Source: Patescibacteria group bacterium
GTDB taxonomy: Bacteria; Patescibacteriota; Minisyncoccia; UBA6257; HR35
NCBI GenBank assembly: GCA_030549845.1
Contig: JAUQQN010000001.1
Coordinates: 234,838 to 298,837 of the forward strand
Length of the DNA stretch: 64,000 bases
Direction of reading: 5' to 3'
Part shown: positions 48,620-59,077 of the stretch, one piece after another
Position numbering within the stretch: position 1 is the stretch's first letter
How the letters are laid out: every line of letters starts with the position of its first letter
Notes under the pieces: generated by a model
The model's input: the letters and a program-made list of their open reading frames with translations, nothing else
Databases searched by the model: none
Told to the model about the DNA's origin: nothing
Program-made: the position numbers and the translations under genes

Positions 48620-51118
48620 TTATGTAGAACTTGCACCACCACCCCCTCCAGTAGATTGGGCTGATTCAGATTTTTCTTTTTCTCTCGCCTCTTCTAGTGC
48701 CCGAATTCTTTCCTCAATTTCTTCTCTTTCTCTTCTAGCTTCTGCCCTATAAGGTCTTTCAAAAATCCCAGCAATCTTTTCAAGCAGAGGAGTTAATTCT
48801 TCGGGATTTGAAAGTTGGACACCTTGTTTTTGTATTAATTGTTGTAATTGTACGATTTCTTGTTGTAGGTCATGTATTTCTTCAAGTCTTTGCTGTAATT
48901 CGGTTTTTCTTTGGTTCAAGTTAATTTTTTCATCTTCACTTGCTCCTTGTATTTCCCCATCTATGGCTTGTATTTCTTGGTTTAATGAATTAATTTCTCT
49001 ACCTAGTTCTACTTCAATACCTTTTAATATCTGCTGTAGGTCTATTTTCCCAATAAGTTTTTGAGGATCTTTTGCCCAATCTTTTACTGTCTTATGTGAT
49101 ATTTCTCCTTGAGAATAAGAACCCATTAGTTGTCTTCTAATCTCTTCTTCTAATTTTGGTTGAAGCGTATCTGGTATTTTTTGGCCTCCAATCACTAACC
49201 TCTGAGCTATTTGTGGTCCTAGCTCTCTTATACTTCTTGCAGCTGGAGAAGCTCTAATAATTCCTTGAAGTCGTTGTGGACCTATATTTCTTTCGACATC
49301 TTGATAAATACCTAAATCATGTAAATACTTTAAATTCTTTGGATTCCAGAATATATCATTTAAATCTCTACCAGAAGTAAACATAAAATAATTGGATAAT
49401 AATGTTTTAACTTCAGCCTCATCTGCTCCAGCTTTTCTAAGTAAAGTTCCTATTGTTTCTAATCCAACCTCGCGATGACTAATAATTTCTGGAAGGGTTG
49501 ATAATACCTCAGCTCGTTTTTCTCTTCCTTCAGTAATTTTTGTTAAAATACATCTTAATTTCTTACCACATAATGCTTTACGAGTACTTAAATCTAATTT
49601 ATCCCAATCCAAAATACTAGCAATTTTAAATAGTTCATCTGCACTTAGTTTTGAATTCATTACTTTAGCTAATTCTTCTTTGAATGGTCCTCTATATCTT
49701 TCAAATATTCCAGCAATCTCTTCAGGGCTTTTACCTTCCATGTGGTCACTGAAAATAGCTTCAGCTTCTTTTTTAACTTTTTCCTTTGTTGGTTTTTCTA
49801 ATTTTTCACCTACTCCTTTGGTCCATAACCCTAAACTTCTAATGAATCCAACCCTACTTTTTTCTAAAGCTTTTCCTATAGTAGAAATTCCTCCTCCTAT
49901 TTTTGATATAGCTGGTCTTACTGTCCACATTCCTACTCCTGCTGCAGCAGCACCAGCCAATCTCCAACCTTTCAATGCCAATCCATAAGTATAATTTGCA
50001 AAAACACCTCCTAAACTTAAAGAAACTTTCATTACAATATAGAAATAAAGAACAAGGAAAACAAATTTAGTAGAGACAGCAAAGAAAATACTTAAAGTAG
50101 TTTTTTCACTTTCTTCTAGTCCTGCTATAGGTTCTGCTTCTAATGAAGGTTTCATTAAATTTTGTAATTTCTCTTCATTAAATGCACCAGTTATGCCTTC
50201 TGTTTTTGTTGTTGCAACTAAAGCTACTCCTATTAAAATTAAGACAATTAAAATCAAAACATTGACTGTCCAATTTAGAAACCATTGCCACCAAGTATTC
50301 CAATATTTTTCATATCCAGGTGTTGCATATGCTATAGCAGCTAAAGGAAGTAAGCCTGCTAAAAATCCAATAATAAAGTATCTTCCAATAAATATTCCCA
50401 CAAAAGACCACAAAGTAAGAGAAAATATAAGAGAAAGAACTATACCTACTAAATTAGCTACTATATTTAATGCTCTTCTTAAAGCTGCTGCTTGATCTGG
50501 AGTTAGATCAGTTTGATATTTAGTAGCATTTTCAATCATTCCTTTTAATTGTTCTGTTATAAAACCTGGAGGTACAGCATTAAATATTGCATAAATCAAT
50601 GTACCTAATTTTGAAGAGTTATAATTTTCAGTCATTAAATTTGCAGAAAGCAAAATACTTCTTTGTATAAAATTGATTGTTCCAAAAAATACTTTTGCTA
50701 AAAGAAACGAAAAGTTTATTAAAAATGCTATAAGTATTACACCGAATAAAATCCTTCTCGCCTGGTCTTCTTTATTTAAGATCCAATTAATTCCTGAATA
50801 TAATGCTAAAAATACTAAAATTACATAAGATAGATTTTTGAAGAATTCCCATAAAAATGATGCAAGCCCTCCTTCTTCAAATGGATTTAAAACGCTGAAT
50901 ATGTCTATAATAATTCTTGCTAGTCTTGCGAAGATATTAAAAAGAAAAATCACTCCGGTTAAAACAATATAAGATACATAATCTATTATTCCAAAAACAA
51001 GCGCAGGAATTTTAGCCCAGAAATAATATCCTAATAAGCCTAATCCCAAAGCTCCAAGTAAACTTAGCCCTATAACTACCCAAACCACTGCTTTATTTTT
51101 TAATTTTTGATTTTTCAT
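48620..51118 (-). CDS. Large polytopic membrane protein (VirB6/TrbL-like candidate) with long coiled-coil C-terminal domain
   Basis: 832 aa. At least six predicted TM helices in the N-terminal 400 aa, then a hydrophilic coiled-coil region ending in STGGGGGASST. Confidence 0.5.
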   Translation of the reverse strand: MKNQKLKNKAVVWVVIGLSLLGALGLGLLGYYFWAKIPALVFGIIDYVSYIVLTGVIFLFNIFARLARIIIDIFSVLNPFEEGGLASFLWEFFKNLSYVILVFLALYSGINWILNKEDQARRILFGVILIAFLINFSFLLAKVFFGTINFIQRSILLSANLMTENYNSSKLGTLIYAIFNAVPPGFITEQLKGMIENATKYQTDLTPDQAAALRRALNIVANLVGIVLSLIFSLTLWSFVGIFIGRYFIIGFLAGLLPLAAIAYATPGYEKYWNTWWQWFLNWTVNVLILIVLILIGVALVATTKTEGITGAFNEEKLQNLMKPSLEAEPIAGLEESEKTTLSIFFAVSTKFVFLVLYFYIVMKVSLSLGGVFANYTYGLALKGWRLAGAAAAGVGMWTVRPAISKIGGGISTIGKALEKSRVGFIRSLGLWTKGVGEKLEKPTKEKVKKEAEAIFSDHMEGKSPEEIAGIFERYRGPFKEELAKVMNSKLSADELFKIASILDWDKLDLSTRKALCGKKLRCILTKITEGREKRAEVLSTLPEIISHREVGLETIGTLLRKAGADEAEVKTLLSNYFMFTSGRDLNDIFWNPKNLKYLHDLGIYQDVERNIGPQRLQGIIRASPAARSIRELGPQIAQRLVIGGQKIPDTLQPKLEEEIRRQLMGSYSQGEISHKTVKDWAKDPQKLIGKIDLQQILKGIEVELGREINSLNQEIQAIDGEIQGASEDEKINLNQRKTELQQRLEEIHDLQQEIVQLQQLIQKQGVQLSNPEELTPLLEKIAGIFERPYRAEARREREEIEERIRALEEAREKEKSESAQSTGGGGGASST

Positions 51119-54100
51119 TTAATATAAATTTTTTTTGGCTTAAATATATTAATTATCTCAAAAATGTTTGCTAAAAATCCTACTCCTATATTGAAAATTC
51201 TTTTTATTAAAGAGACCCTTTGAGTTTTTTCAGGTAAAGATTGTGATGTAGATTCTTCAGCAGGTAATTCCTCTTCCTGTTGTTGAATTAATTTATTATT
51301 TATTTCCTCTTCAATTTTATCAATTAAAGAATTATATTCTTCGCATAGATTATTAATTTCTTCAATTTTTTCATTTATTCGATCCAAGTTTTGTTCAATA
51401 TTAGTTTGTATGCTTTGAATTTCTTCTGGCTTAAATTGACTTAGATAATCTTCCCAAATTTTATCTGTTTCTTTTTGCATTTCTTGTATTAATTGATCTT
51501 TTTGTTGCTGTAAATTATTTAATTCTTGTAATTTAGTCCAAAAATCTTGATTTTGTTGTGTAGAGTTTCTATATAATTCTATTACTTCTTTAAAGGCCTT
51601 GCTTGTTTTTAAAATAAGCTCTAAAGACTCATCCATTCTTAAATATATAGCTTCTCCTTTTTCAGCACTCCATTTATTTGGTACCTTAGAAATGGCAAAT
51701 TCCCACTCTAAAATATTAGTTCTTTTTGCATATTCCATGGTATTTGAAGCATAATTCTCCAAAGCATTGAAGTAATCATAAAGTTTATTTAAGTCATTTT
51801 GGATTGCTTCAGGAGTTGTAGAGGGTGGATTTGTTATTAAATTTGTTAAGAAATTATAAGATGCCATAACTAGGTTTTCTTGTTGAATACCACTTTTTGA
51901 TGCTGGTGAATTGTATAAAGAATAAAATATATGTATAAGATCATGAACAATAAAGTATATTTTATACTCAGGTTGTTGATAACCATATTTCCAATCTGTG
52001 CCATCATGAAAGTCTGTATCTAGCTGGCTATAATGGAATCTTCTTCTGAAAAATTCATAATCTTTATCCTTCATACAATTTGTAATGTGGGTAGGATAAA
52101 AATCATTAAAGAATGATAATTTTTCTCTTTTTCCTAAAGAAGGAGCACAATCTGTGTATTTTGTGCCTTCACCTACTCGATATATCTTTGTACCAGTGGC
52201 TACTGCAATGTAATCTCTTGGGAAATAATTATCATCTAAATCCAAAGGCGGTCGTTCTAGATCAATATACCTTTCAAAAAATATTGCTATTTTATTTGAA
52301 TATAAATTACTAGCTCCGTATAAGCTTTGAGATATTTTTGAATTTATTTCTCTAATAAGATTATCAATTTGAGATTTAATTGAATTTATTTGTTCATCCA
52401 ATTTATTTATTTTTTCGGTATAACTAGCAGTTATAGAATCAATTTGATTTAAAATATTTTGGTTTATTAATTTTTCTAATGTAGTTGTGTTTGAAGATAT
52501 TGAATTGGAAATCTCATTTAGTTCATTTTCTAAATTTTTGAAGTTATAAACTATTTCATTTAATCTTTCTATACTTTCTGTAGTTTGCTCTTCTTTTAAT
52601 TTTTGAATTATATTATCAATTTCATTTTTTGACCTTTCGGAAGTAGAAGTATAATCTTGAATATTATTCATAAGTTGATTTATAGCCTTCACTATATTAA
52701 TTACTCTTGAATTTAAACCAATAAGATTTCCTTTTTCTATTTCAGTAATTTTTCTTAATTGTGATTCCATAGCAGATTTACATACTTGTTGCGATCCTGG
52801 AATTGATACAACCTGAAATTCATTGCATACTACATTTACTCTTTCAGGTCGATAGGCATTTTTAATATCAGCCATATAAGAAGAGTTACTTGAAGACCTA
52901 GCCTCCAAGCTTGCAAAACCTTTATCAATTATCTTAAACAATTTACTAGAAAGCCAACTTCTTATAAAAGCTACTAAAACATTTGTTGCTCGCTCTTGTG
53001 ATTTAAATATTTCTAAGGGGGATGTTAATATTTGCTCTTTTAACTTTTCATAATCTGCTGGGGATGATAGGGTTGGCCCAGGTATTAAACAATTAGGATC
53101 TTCACCAGGAATATCTTTTTGAGCCTCTATCTTTTGTTTAATTTCTTGTAATTTTTTATCCAACTTATCAATTTGAGTTTTATCTCCTTTTAGCATAGCA
53201 TCTTCTAATTGTCTTGAAACTTCTTCATATTCTACATCTGCCCAAGTTTTTAAACATTGAGTTTTTGGTTTAAAGGTTAAACCACCGGGTTGTTGAATTT
53301 GAGTTTGAAATTGTTCATGTTCTTTATTTAAAGCTTCAATCAATGCTGCTGCATATCTATCTTGTATAAGCAAACAATTTGAAATTTTAGCAGCGTCTAA
53401 AATAGGTTTATTATAGTCAAAAAATATAGTTTGAATAGCACTAAATTCGGAATCAGGATAAATTTGTGCTAGTAATTTTTTGAAATTAAGTTTATTTTTT
53501 ATAGTTCCAAAAATATTAGCTAGCATTTTAAAACTAGGCTTTTCTATCTTAGCTACATAAGTTTCTGGTTTTTTTAAGCTATAAAGATTTTCTTCTTGTA
53601 AAGAAGCAGGTTGAATAAGTTCTAAATTTTTATATACTTGCTGCTCCTCGTATTTCTCGCATATTCTTTTAGAGGCAATATTAAATTCTTGATATTTATA
53701 GAAAGCATTCAAAAACCCCATTAATTTAATTGAATTTTCTGCATTTCTTGCAACCTCATAACTCAAATCTTTTGTTGAATATAAAAGATTAATTAAACAA
53801 CCTTTTAATTCTTCTGGGATACAGGGCTGCTCTTTATATTTATTAAATATTCTATTAAATACTCTTTGATGTTCTAAAAAAATCTTAAAATTTCTATAAG
53901 CTTCTATATCTTTTATATAATTTTTCAAAATTCTTCCATATATGAATTCATTAAGTTTATTAATTAATTGAAATTTAAAATATTGAAGGGCATCCTGTAA
54001 AGCAAGATGAATAGAAGTTTTAATACTTGCTAAAACATTTTTAGTTGCTTCTTTTATAGAACTTGCTATAGCTTTATTTGTTTCTGGAGCTCCTACTGGA

Positions 54101-54423
54101 ACTTTTCCAATTAGTGAACCTAAAATAGATTCTACTGCTTCAATTATTAAACTGGATAAGAAATCTCTAATCAAGCTTTCAAAAAACCCAGGGCCTTTTG
54201 GAAGATTCCCGGCAAAAGCGTCTAATTCTGTTATATAATCAGTTGTTGATGTTGAAAATTCTTCGGTTTCTTCAATTTCAATAGGTTTTAAATTGCATTG
54301 TAATTTATAAGAAGATAAATCAATTTTTTCAGGGAAATCATCTGATTGAGAAAATATAAATCTTACTGGCAAGGCATTGAATAAAATAACAAAGATTATA
54401 AAAATTGATAAAAATTTTTTCAT
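51115..54423 (-). CDS. Giant secreted coiled-coil protein (1102 aa) with C-terminal membrane anchor
   Basis: Signal peptide MKKFLSIFIIFVILFNALPVRFIFSQ, long helical/coiled-coil stretches, and a C-terminal hydrophobic segment IFNIGVGFLANIFEIINIF. Confidence 0.5.
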   Translation of the reverse strand: MKKFLSIFIIFVILFNALPVRFIFSQSDDFPEKIDLSSYKLQCNLKPIEIEETEEFSTSTTDYITELDAFAGNLPKGPGFFESLIRDFLSSLIIEAVESILGSLIGKVPVGAPETNKAIASSIKEATKNVLASIKTSIHLALQDALQYFKFQLINKLNEFIYGRILKNYIKDIEAYRNFKIFLEHQRVFNRIFNKYKEQPCIPEELKGCLINLLYSTKDLSYEVARNAENSIKLMGFLNAFYKYQEFNIASKRICEKYEEQQVYKNLELIQPASLQEENLYSLKKPETYVAKIEKPSFKMLANIFGTIKNKLNFKKLLAQIYPDSEFSAIQTIFFDYNKPILDAAKISNCLLIQDRYAAALIEALNKEHEQFQTQIQQPGGLTFKPKTQCLKTWADVEYEEVSRQLEDAMLKGDKTQIDKLDKKLQEIKQKIEAQKDIPGEDPNCLIPGPTLSSPADYEKLKEQILTSPLEIFKSQERATNVLVAFIRSWLSSKLFKIIDKGFASLEARSSSNSSYMADIKNAYRPERVNVVCNEFQVVSIPGSQQVCKSAMESQLRKITEIEKGNLIGLNSRVINIVKAINQLMNNIQDYTSTSERSKNEIDNIIQKLKEEQTTESIERLNEIVYNFKNLENELNEISNSISSNTTTLEKLINQNILNQIDSITASYTEKINKLDEQINSIKSQIDNLIREINSKISQSLYGASNLYSNKIAIFFERYIDLERPPLDLDDNYFPRDYIAVATGTKIYRVGEGTKYTDCAPSLGKREKLSFFNDFYPTHITNCMKDKDYEFFRRRFHYSQLDTDFHDGTDWKYGYQQPEYKIYFIVHDLIHIFYSLYNSPASKSGIQQENLVMASYNFLTNLITNPPSTTPEAIQNDLNKLYDYFNALENYASNTMEYAKRTNILEWEFAISKVPNKWSAEKGEAIYLRMDESLELILKTSKAFKEVIELYRNSTQQNQDFWTKLQELNNLQQQKDQLIQEMQKETDKIWEDYLSQFKPEEIQSIQTNIEQNLDRINEKIEEINNLCEEYNSLIDKIEEEINNKLIQQQEEELPAEESTSQSLPEKTQRVSLIKRIFNIGVGFLANIFEIINIFKPKKIYIK

Positions 54424-55079
54424 AATTTTTCTAAAATTTTTTCTTGTAAATTTGCTAAATCGTTAAGAATTAATAATAACGAAGTTCCTTTTTCTGAATC
54501 TTCTGTATTAGAAAGTTCAACCAGAGCCTCTCCTAACATCCCTAGTATTATTACTTCTAATTTGTGAAATTCATAATAACTTTTAGGTACCTCTATTTTA
54601 GAAATATTATTTGCCACACTTAAAATATATTGTCCATTGGCCCTTAAATTGTTTTTATCATTAAAATCTAAATTAACATATTTTAAATTTTCTATTTCTT
54701 TTTTAAGTTCCTCAGCATATACTCTTTCATCCTTTAGGTTGTTTATTTTTATATTTTTTACATAATTGTCTATTTTTTTAATTAATTTTGCCTCAAGTTC
54801 AATTCTTTTTCCTCCTGTACTTATCATCTCTGCTTTTAAATAATCCAAGGCTGCTTTTTCTAAATATAAATCCTTACCTTCTAATACTTGTAATAAATCT
54901 TTAAACTCAGGATATTTGTTAAGTTCAGATTTGTAAAAATTAACGTCCTTTTTATAATTTGTTTTCTTGCTTTGGGTTTTAGAACCTGATATTAAAGAAA
55001 TAAACCCTAAAATAAAAATTATGAATAGAAAGAATAAGATGATAAGCAATAATAATTTTTTGTTTTTTAAAATTTTCAT
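54420..55079 (-). CDS. Hypothetical N-terminally anchored protein
   Basis: 219 aa, N-terminal TM. First gene (highest coordinate) of the minus-strand block. Confidence 0.4.
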   Translation of the reverse strand: MKILKNKKLLLLIILFFLFIIFILGFISLISGSKTQSKKTNYKKDVNFYKSELNKYPEFKDLLQVLEGKDLYLEKAALDYLKAEMISTGGKRIELEAKLIKKIDNYVKNIKINNLKDERVYAEELKKEIENLKYVNLDFNDKNNLRANGQYILSVANNISKIEVPKSYYEFHKLEVIILGMLGEALVELSNTEDSEKGTSLLLILNDLANLQEKILEKL

Positions 55080-55084
55080 AGTTG

Positions 55085-55156
55085 AGCCAGTAGCGGGATT
55101 CGAACCCGCAACCTACCGCTTACGAAGCGGTCGCTCTACCATTGAGCTATACTGGC
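55085..55156 (-). tRNA. tRNA-Thr (anticodon CGU)
   Basis: Hand-folded. Acceptor GCCAGTA/TACTGGC, anticodon arm ACCGC-TTCGTAA-GCGGT, T arm GCGGG-TTCGAAT-CCCGC. Confidence 0.8.
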
Positions 55157-55179
55157 TTATTAAATAAATTTTAAAACAA

Positions 55180-55464
55180 CTATTCTTCAAAATTTTCAGG
55201 CAAAATAATAACACTTTCTCCTGGTTCAGCTAGATTAAGCTTTTCTTTTAATTCTTTTTTAAAATTTTCTGGATCACTTAAATATTCTAATCTGCTTTTA
55301 AGTTTATTATTTTCGTTTAACTTTCTTTCTAAATAATTTTTGTAAATATAAATTTCATCTTTTAAGGGTTTATTAAATCTCATTTCTTTTACTATTAAAA
55401 AACCTAAATAAATTATTATTAGAATTTCTAAAATAAGCAGAAATTTATAAAGATTTTTAAACAT
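55180..55464 (-). CDS. Septum-formation initiator family protein (FtsB/DivIC-like)
   Basis: N-terminal TM, then a coiled coil (KNYLERKLNENNKLKSRLEYLSDPENFKKELKEKLNLAEPGESVIIL). Typical FtsB size. Confidence 0.5.
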   Translation of the reverse strand: MFKNLYKFLLILEILIIIYLGFLIVKEMRFNKPLKDEIYIYKNYLERKLNENNKLKSRLEYLSDPENFKKELKEKLNLAEPGESVIILPENFEE

Positions 55465-55792
55465 TTTCGTATACTTTTATTTTCACCTTTTTACCCAAAG
55501 ATACTGTAATTAATAAGATTTTAAACTCATCTATTTTATTTTTATTTACTAAATAGTTAATCAGATTATGAAATTTTTTAGTTTTTTTGTTGGTATAATG
55601 CCAAGAAGGGTCGTAATTTTTATTTGTTTTTAAAGTTTTAACTTCTATAAAATAATAAATATTATTCTTTTTAGCTATGATATCAATTTCTCCATACCTT
55701 TTAAACCACAAATTTTTTTCTAAAACCTCATACCCTTTTCTTTTTAAGAATTCAGCTGCAATTTTTTCTCCTAAATAACCCACTTTGTTCAT
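55457..55792 (-). CDS. YraN-family (UPF0102) endonuclease
   Basis: GEKIAAEFLKRKGYEVLEKNLWFKRYGEIDIIAKKNNIYYFIEVKT matches the YraN PD-(D/E)xK pattern. Confidence 0.7.
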   Translation of the reverse strand: MNKVGYLGEKIAAEFLKRKGYEVLEKNLWFKRYGEIDIIAKKNNIYYFIEVKTLKTNKNYDPSWHYTNKKTKKFHNLINYLVNKNKIDEFKILLITVSLGKKVKIKVYENV

Positions 55793-56283
55793 CTAAAAAA
55801 TCTTCTATACATTAATTCCCATTTAGGAACAGCCTCTTCATATTCATCAAGGAATTCTCTTAAAGTTTTTCTTAATTCTTCCATATCAATAAGAAATTCT
55901 TCAATAGGTATGATAGCGCCTATGGTAAAAATATGCTTAGGTACAAAATACAAATAGTATTTATCTTCTATTTTAAAAATTTCAAACCCGATAATTTCAT
56001 CCCAAGTATATTTTTTATTATTTATAGAAATCCCTTCTTGATTCAATACTATTTTTAATTCTTTTGTTTCATAAAATATAGGGTGAAAAAAAAAGAAAAG
56101 GGCTATGAAAGAAATTACTAAAAAAAGAAAATCTTTTGCGATTATAGAATATAAAATCGATGCACCTACTACAACCCCCCAAAATAAATGCCATAAAATA
56201 TCGCCATAAGGATGTTCGTCATGAGAAGTAGTAACCCATGAAAATGAAAAAGAGGGTATTCTATCTTCTTTTGCCATTATCAA
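55789..56283 (-). CDS. Hypothetical membrane protein
   Basis: 164 aa with two predicted TM helices. Confidence 0.4.
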   Translation of the reverse strand: MIMAKEDRIPSFSFSWVTTSHDEHPYGDILWHLFWGVVVGASILYSIIAKDFLFLVISFIALFFFFHPIFYETKELKIVLNQEGISINNKKYTWDEIIGFEIFKIEDKYYLYFVPKHIFTIGAIIPIEEFLIDMEELRKTLREFLDEYEEAVPKWELMYRRFFR

Positions 56284-56312
56284 TTAATTTTTTATAATAA
56301 TTAAATTATAAA

Positions 56313-58718
56313 ATGAGTTACCCGTTTAAAAAAATAGAAAAAAAGTGGCAAAAGATTTGGAAAAAAAATAAATACAAAAACTGGAAAGCTAAGGATTTTA
56401 AGGGTAAAAAAATTTATATTTTAGATATGTTTCCTTACCCTTCAGGTGAGGGATTGCATGTCGGCCATGTAGAAGGGTATACTGCAACAGACATTTTAGC
56501 AAGATATTATCGTATGAAAGGATATAATGTTCTCCATCCTATGGGGTGGGATGCTTTTGGTTTACCTGCTGAGAATTATGCATTAAAGATGAAAAAAAAT
56601 CCAATGACATTTGTTCCTAAAAATATCAAAAGATATAAAAATCAAATGGAAATGATAGGGTTAAGCTATGATTGGGATAGAGAAATAAATACAACTGATC
56701 CAAATTATTATAAATGGACCCAATGGATGTTCTTGAAAATGTATGAAAAAGGTTTAGTTTATCAAAAAACTGCGCCTATTAATTTTTGCCCTTCATGCAA
56801 AACAGGATTGGCAAATGAAGAAGTTATTGGAGGTAGGTGTGAAAGGTGCGGAAGTATTACAGAAGTGAAATACCTTAATCAATGGCATATTAAAATAACA
56901 GCTTATGCAGATAGGTTATTAGAAGATTTGGATGAACTTGATTGGCCTGAAAATGTCAAAGAAATGCAAAGAAATTGGATAGGAAAAAGTGAGGGTTATG
57001 AAGTAACATTCAAAATTGCAGGAGAAGAAAAAGAAATTATTATTTTTACCACAAGATTGGATACAATTTTCGGTGCAACATTTGTAGTATTAGCTCCTGA
57101 ACATCCTTTAAGTGCAAAAATTCCTGAAGAAGAATACGTTTCTAATGTGGAAAGCTATATAGAAAATTCACTTAAAAGGCCCGAAAGAGAAAGGAAAATA
57201 GAAGAAGAAATGTCAGGAGTTTTTACTGGTAGGTATGCTATCCATCCTATAACTGGCGAAAGAATACCTATATGGGTAAGCGACTATGTTCTTTATTATT
57301 ATGGCACTGGAGCTATAATGGGAGTTCCTGCACATGACTCAAGAGATTATAGGTTTGCTAAAAAATTTGGATTAAAAATAATATCTGTGGTTTCACCAAA
57401 TAAAAACGAAGAACCCCAAAATCTTCCATTTGAAGATTACGGATATTTAATAAACTCATTTGATTATAATGGTTTAGATTCAAAAACGGCGATAGAAGAA
57501 ATAGGTAAATATTTAGAAGAAAAAGGATTAGCTAAAAAAGCTGTTTATTATAAATTAAGAGATTGGGTATTTTCAAGGCAAAGATATTGGGGAGAACCAA
57601 TTCCTTTAATAAAGTGTCCAAAATGCGGCATAGTTCCTGTCCCAGAAAAAGATTTGCCCCTTAAGTTACCTAAGGTCAAAAGCTATGAACCAACAGGTAC
57701 GGGAGAGTCCCCATTAAAGAATATTACAAAATGGGTGAAAACCAAATGTCCAAAATGTAAAAGTGATGCTGAAAGAGAAACTCATACAATGCCACAATGG
57801 GCCGGATCCTGTTGGTATTATCTAAGATATATAGATCCTAAGAATAATAAAAAATTTGCTGGTTTTCAAAAATTAAAATATTGGTTGCCAGTGGATATAT
57901 ATGTAGGCGGAGTAGAGCATGCTGTTTTGCATTTACTTTATGCTAGATTCTGGCATAAATTCTTATACGATTTAAACCTTGTTCCTACCAAAGAACCGTT
58001 TATGAAACTAGTAAATCAAGGAATTATTTTAGGGCCAGATCATGAGAAAATGTCAAAATCAAGAGGTAATGTTATAAATCCAGACGAAGTTATCGAAAAA
58101 TATGGAGCAGATACTTTGAGGATGTATGAAATGTTTATGGGTCCATTAGAAGCTGTTAAGCCTTGGGATACAAAAGGAATCATAGGAATTTTTAGATTTT
58201 TAAATAAAGTTTGGGAATATAATAAAAAGGTTAGAAAAAGTAAGAAGAAAAAAGAAGACACTAAAATAAATATAGAACTTAACAAAACAATTAAAAAAGT
58301 TACTGAAGATATAGAAGCCATGAAATTTAATACAGCGATAAGTTCTATGATGGAATTTTTAAACTATGTGTGGGACAAAGAAGTAACCAAAACTACTTGG
58401 CTTAATTTTATAAAAATTTTATTTCCTTTTGCACCACACATAACTCAAGAAATTTGGTCTCAATACAAAAAAGGATTTTTAGATAAAGAAGCTTGGCCCA
58501 AATATGATGAAAAATTACTAAAGGAAAAAGAAAAACTAATAATAATTCAAATAAATGGCAAAAAAAGAGATGAAATGAGCGTTGATGTAAGTGCTTCATT
58601 AGAGGAAATTCAAAAAGAAGCGCTAGAAAGAACAAAAGTTAAGAAATTTTTAGAGAATAAAAAAGTCCATAAAATAATATTTGTCCAAGATAAAATTTTA
58701 AATATAGTTACAGATTAA
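56313..58718 (+). CDS. leuS: Leucyl-tRNA synthetase
   Basis: PYPSGEGLHVGHVEGYTATDILARYYRMKGYNVLHPMGWDAFGLP (HIGH region) and KMSKSRGN. Confidence 0.9.
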   Translation: MSYPFKKIEKKWQKIWKKNKYKNWKAKDFKGKKIYILDMFPYPSGEGLHVGHVEGYTATDILARYYRMKGYNVLHPMGWDAFGLPAENYALKMKKNPMTFVPKNIKRYKNQMEMIGLSYDWDREINTTDPNYYKWTQWMFLKMYEKGLVYQKTAPINFCPSCKTGLANEEVIGGRCERCGSITEVKYLNQWHIKITAYADRLLEDLDELDWPENVKEMQRNWIGKSEGYEVTFKIAGEEKEIIIFTTRLDTIFGATFVVLAPEHPLSAKIPEEEYVSNVESYIENSLKRPERERKIEEEMSGVFTGRYAIHPITGERIPIWVSDYVLYYYGTGAIMGVPAHDSRDYRFAKKFGLKIISVVSPNKNEEPQNLPFEDYGYLINSFDYNGLDSKTAIEEIGKYLEEKGLAKKAVYYKLRDWVFSRQRYWGEPIPLIKCPKCGIVPVPEKDLPLKLPKVKSYEPTGTGESPLKNITKWVKTKCPKCKSDAERETHTMPQWAGSCWYYLRYIDPKNNKKFAGFQKLKYWLPVDIYVGGVEHAVLHLLYARFWHKFLYDLNLVPTKEPFMKLVNQGIILGPDHEKMSKSRGNVINPDEVIEKYGADTLRMYEMFMGPLEAVKPWDTKGIIGIFRFLNKVWEYNKKVRKSKKKKEDTKINIELNKTIKKVTEDIEAMKFNTAISSMMEFLNYVWDKEVTKTTWLNFIKILFPFAPHITQEIWSQYKKGFLDKEAWPKYDEKLLKEKEKLIIIQINGKKRDEMSVDVSASLEEIQKEALERTKVKKFLENKKVHKIIFVQDKILNIVTD

Positions 58719-59077
58719 AATCCAGAAGCACTACCATAGCCAGTAATAGTACCCACAGTTGGTATAGGTATAGGATGGGGAAATGCAGGTTTTAAGCATA
58801 CGCCTCCTGGGATCCACCAACCAAGCATTTTAGTTCCAGGAACAGGGGGATAAATAAACATCATATACCTATTAGAACCTGCAGGTACAAAATATGGCCC
58901 AGGTGGTATAGAAATAGAACCAACTGGTGGTTGTACTTTTATCATAACTCCTCCATTTAAGCAAGGAAAAGGAGAGATCCAAACTACTCTAGGGGTACCA
59001 AAAGGAAGTCCTACTGCATAAGTTTTTGTGCTTATTAATAAAAATAACAATAAGAGAAGAAACAAAAGTTTTTTCAT
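58715..59077 (-). CDS. Hypothetical secreted Pro/Gly-rich small protein
   Basis: Signal peptide, then a P/G-rich 100-aa region. No motif. Confidence 0.4.
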   Translation of the reverse strand: MKKLLFLLLLLFLLISTKTYAVGLPFGTPRVVWISPFPCLNGGVMIKVQPPVGSISIPPGPYFVPAGSNRYMMFIYPPVPGTKMLGWWIPGGVCLKPAFPHPIPIPTVGTITGYGSASGF

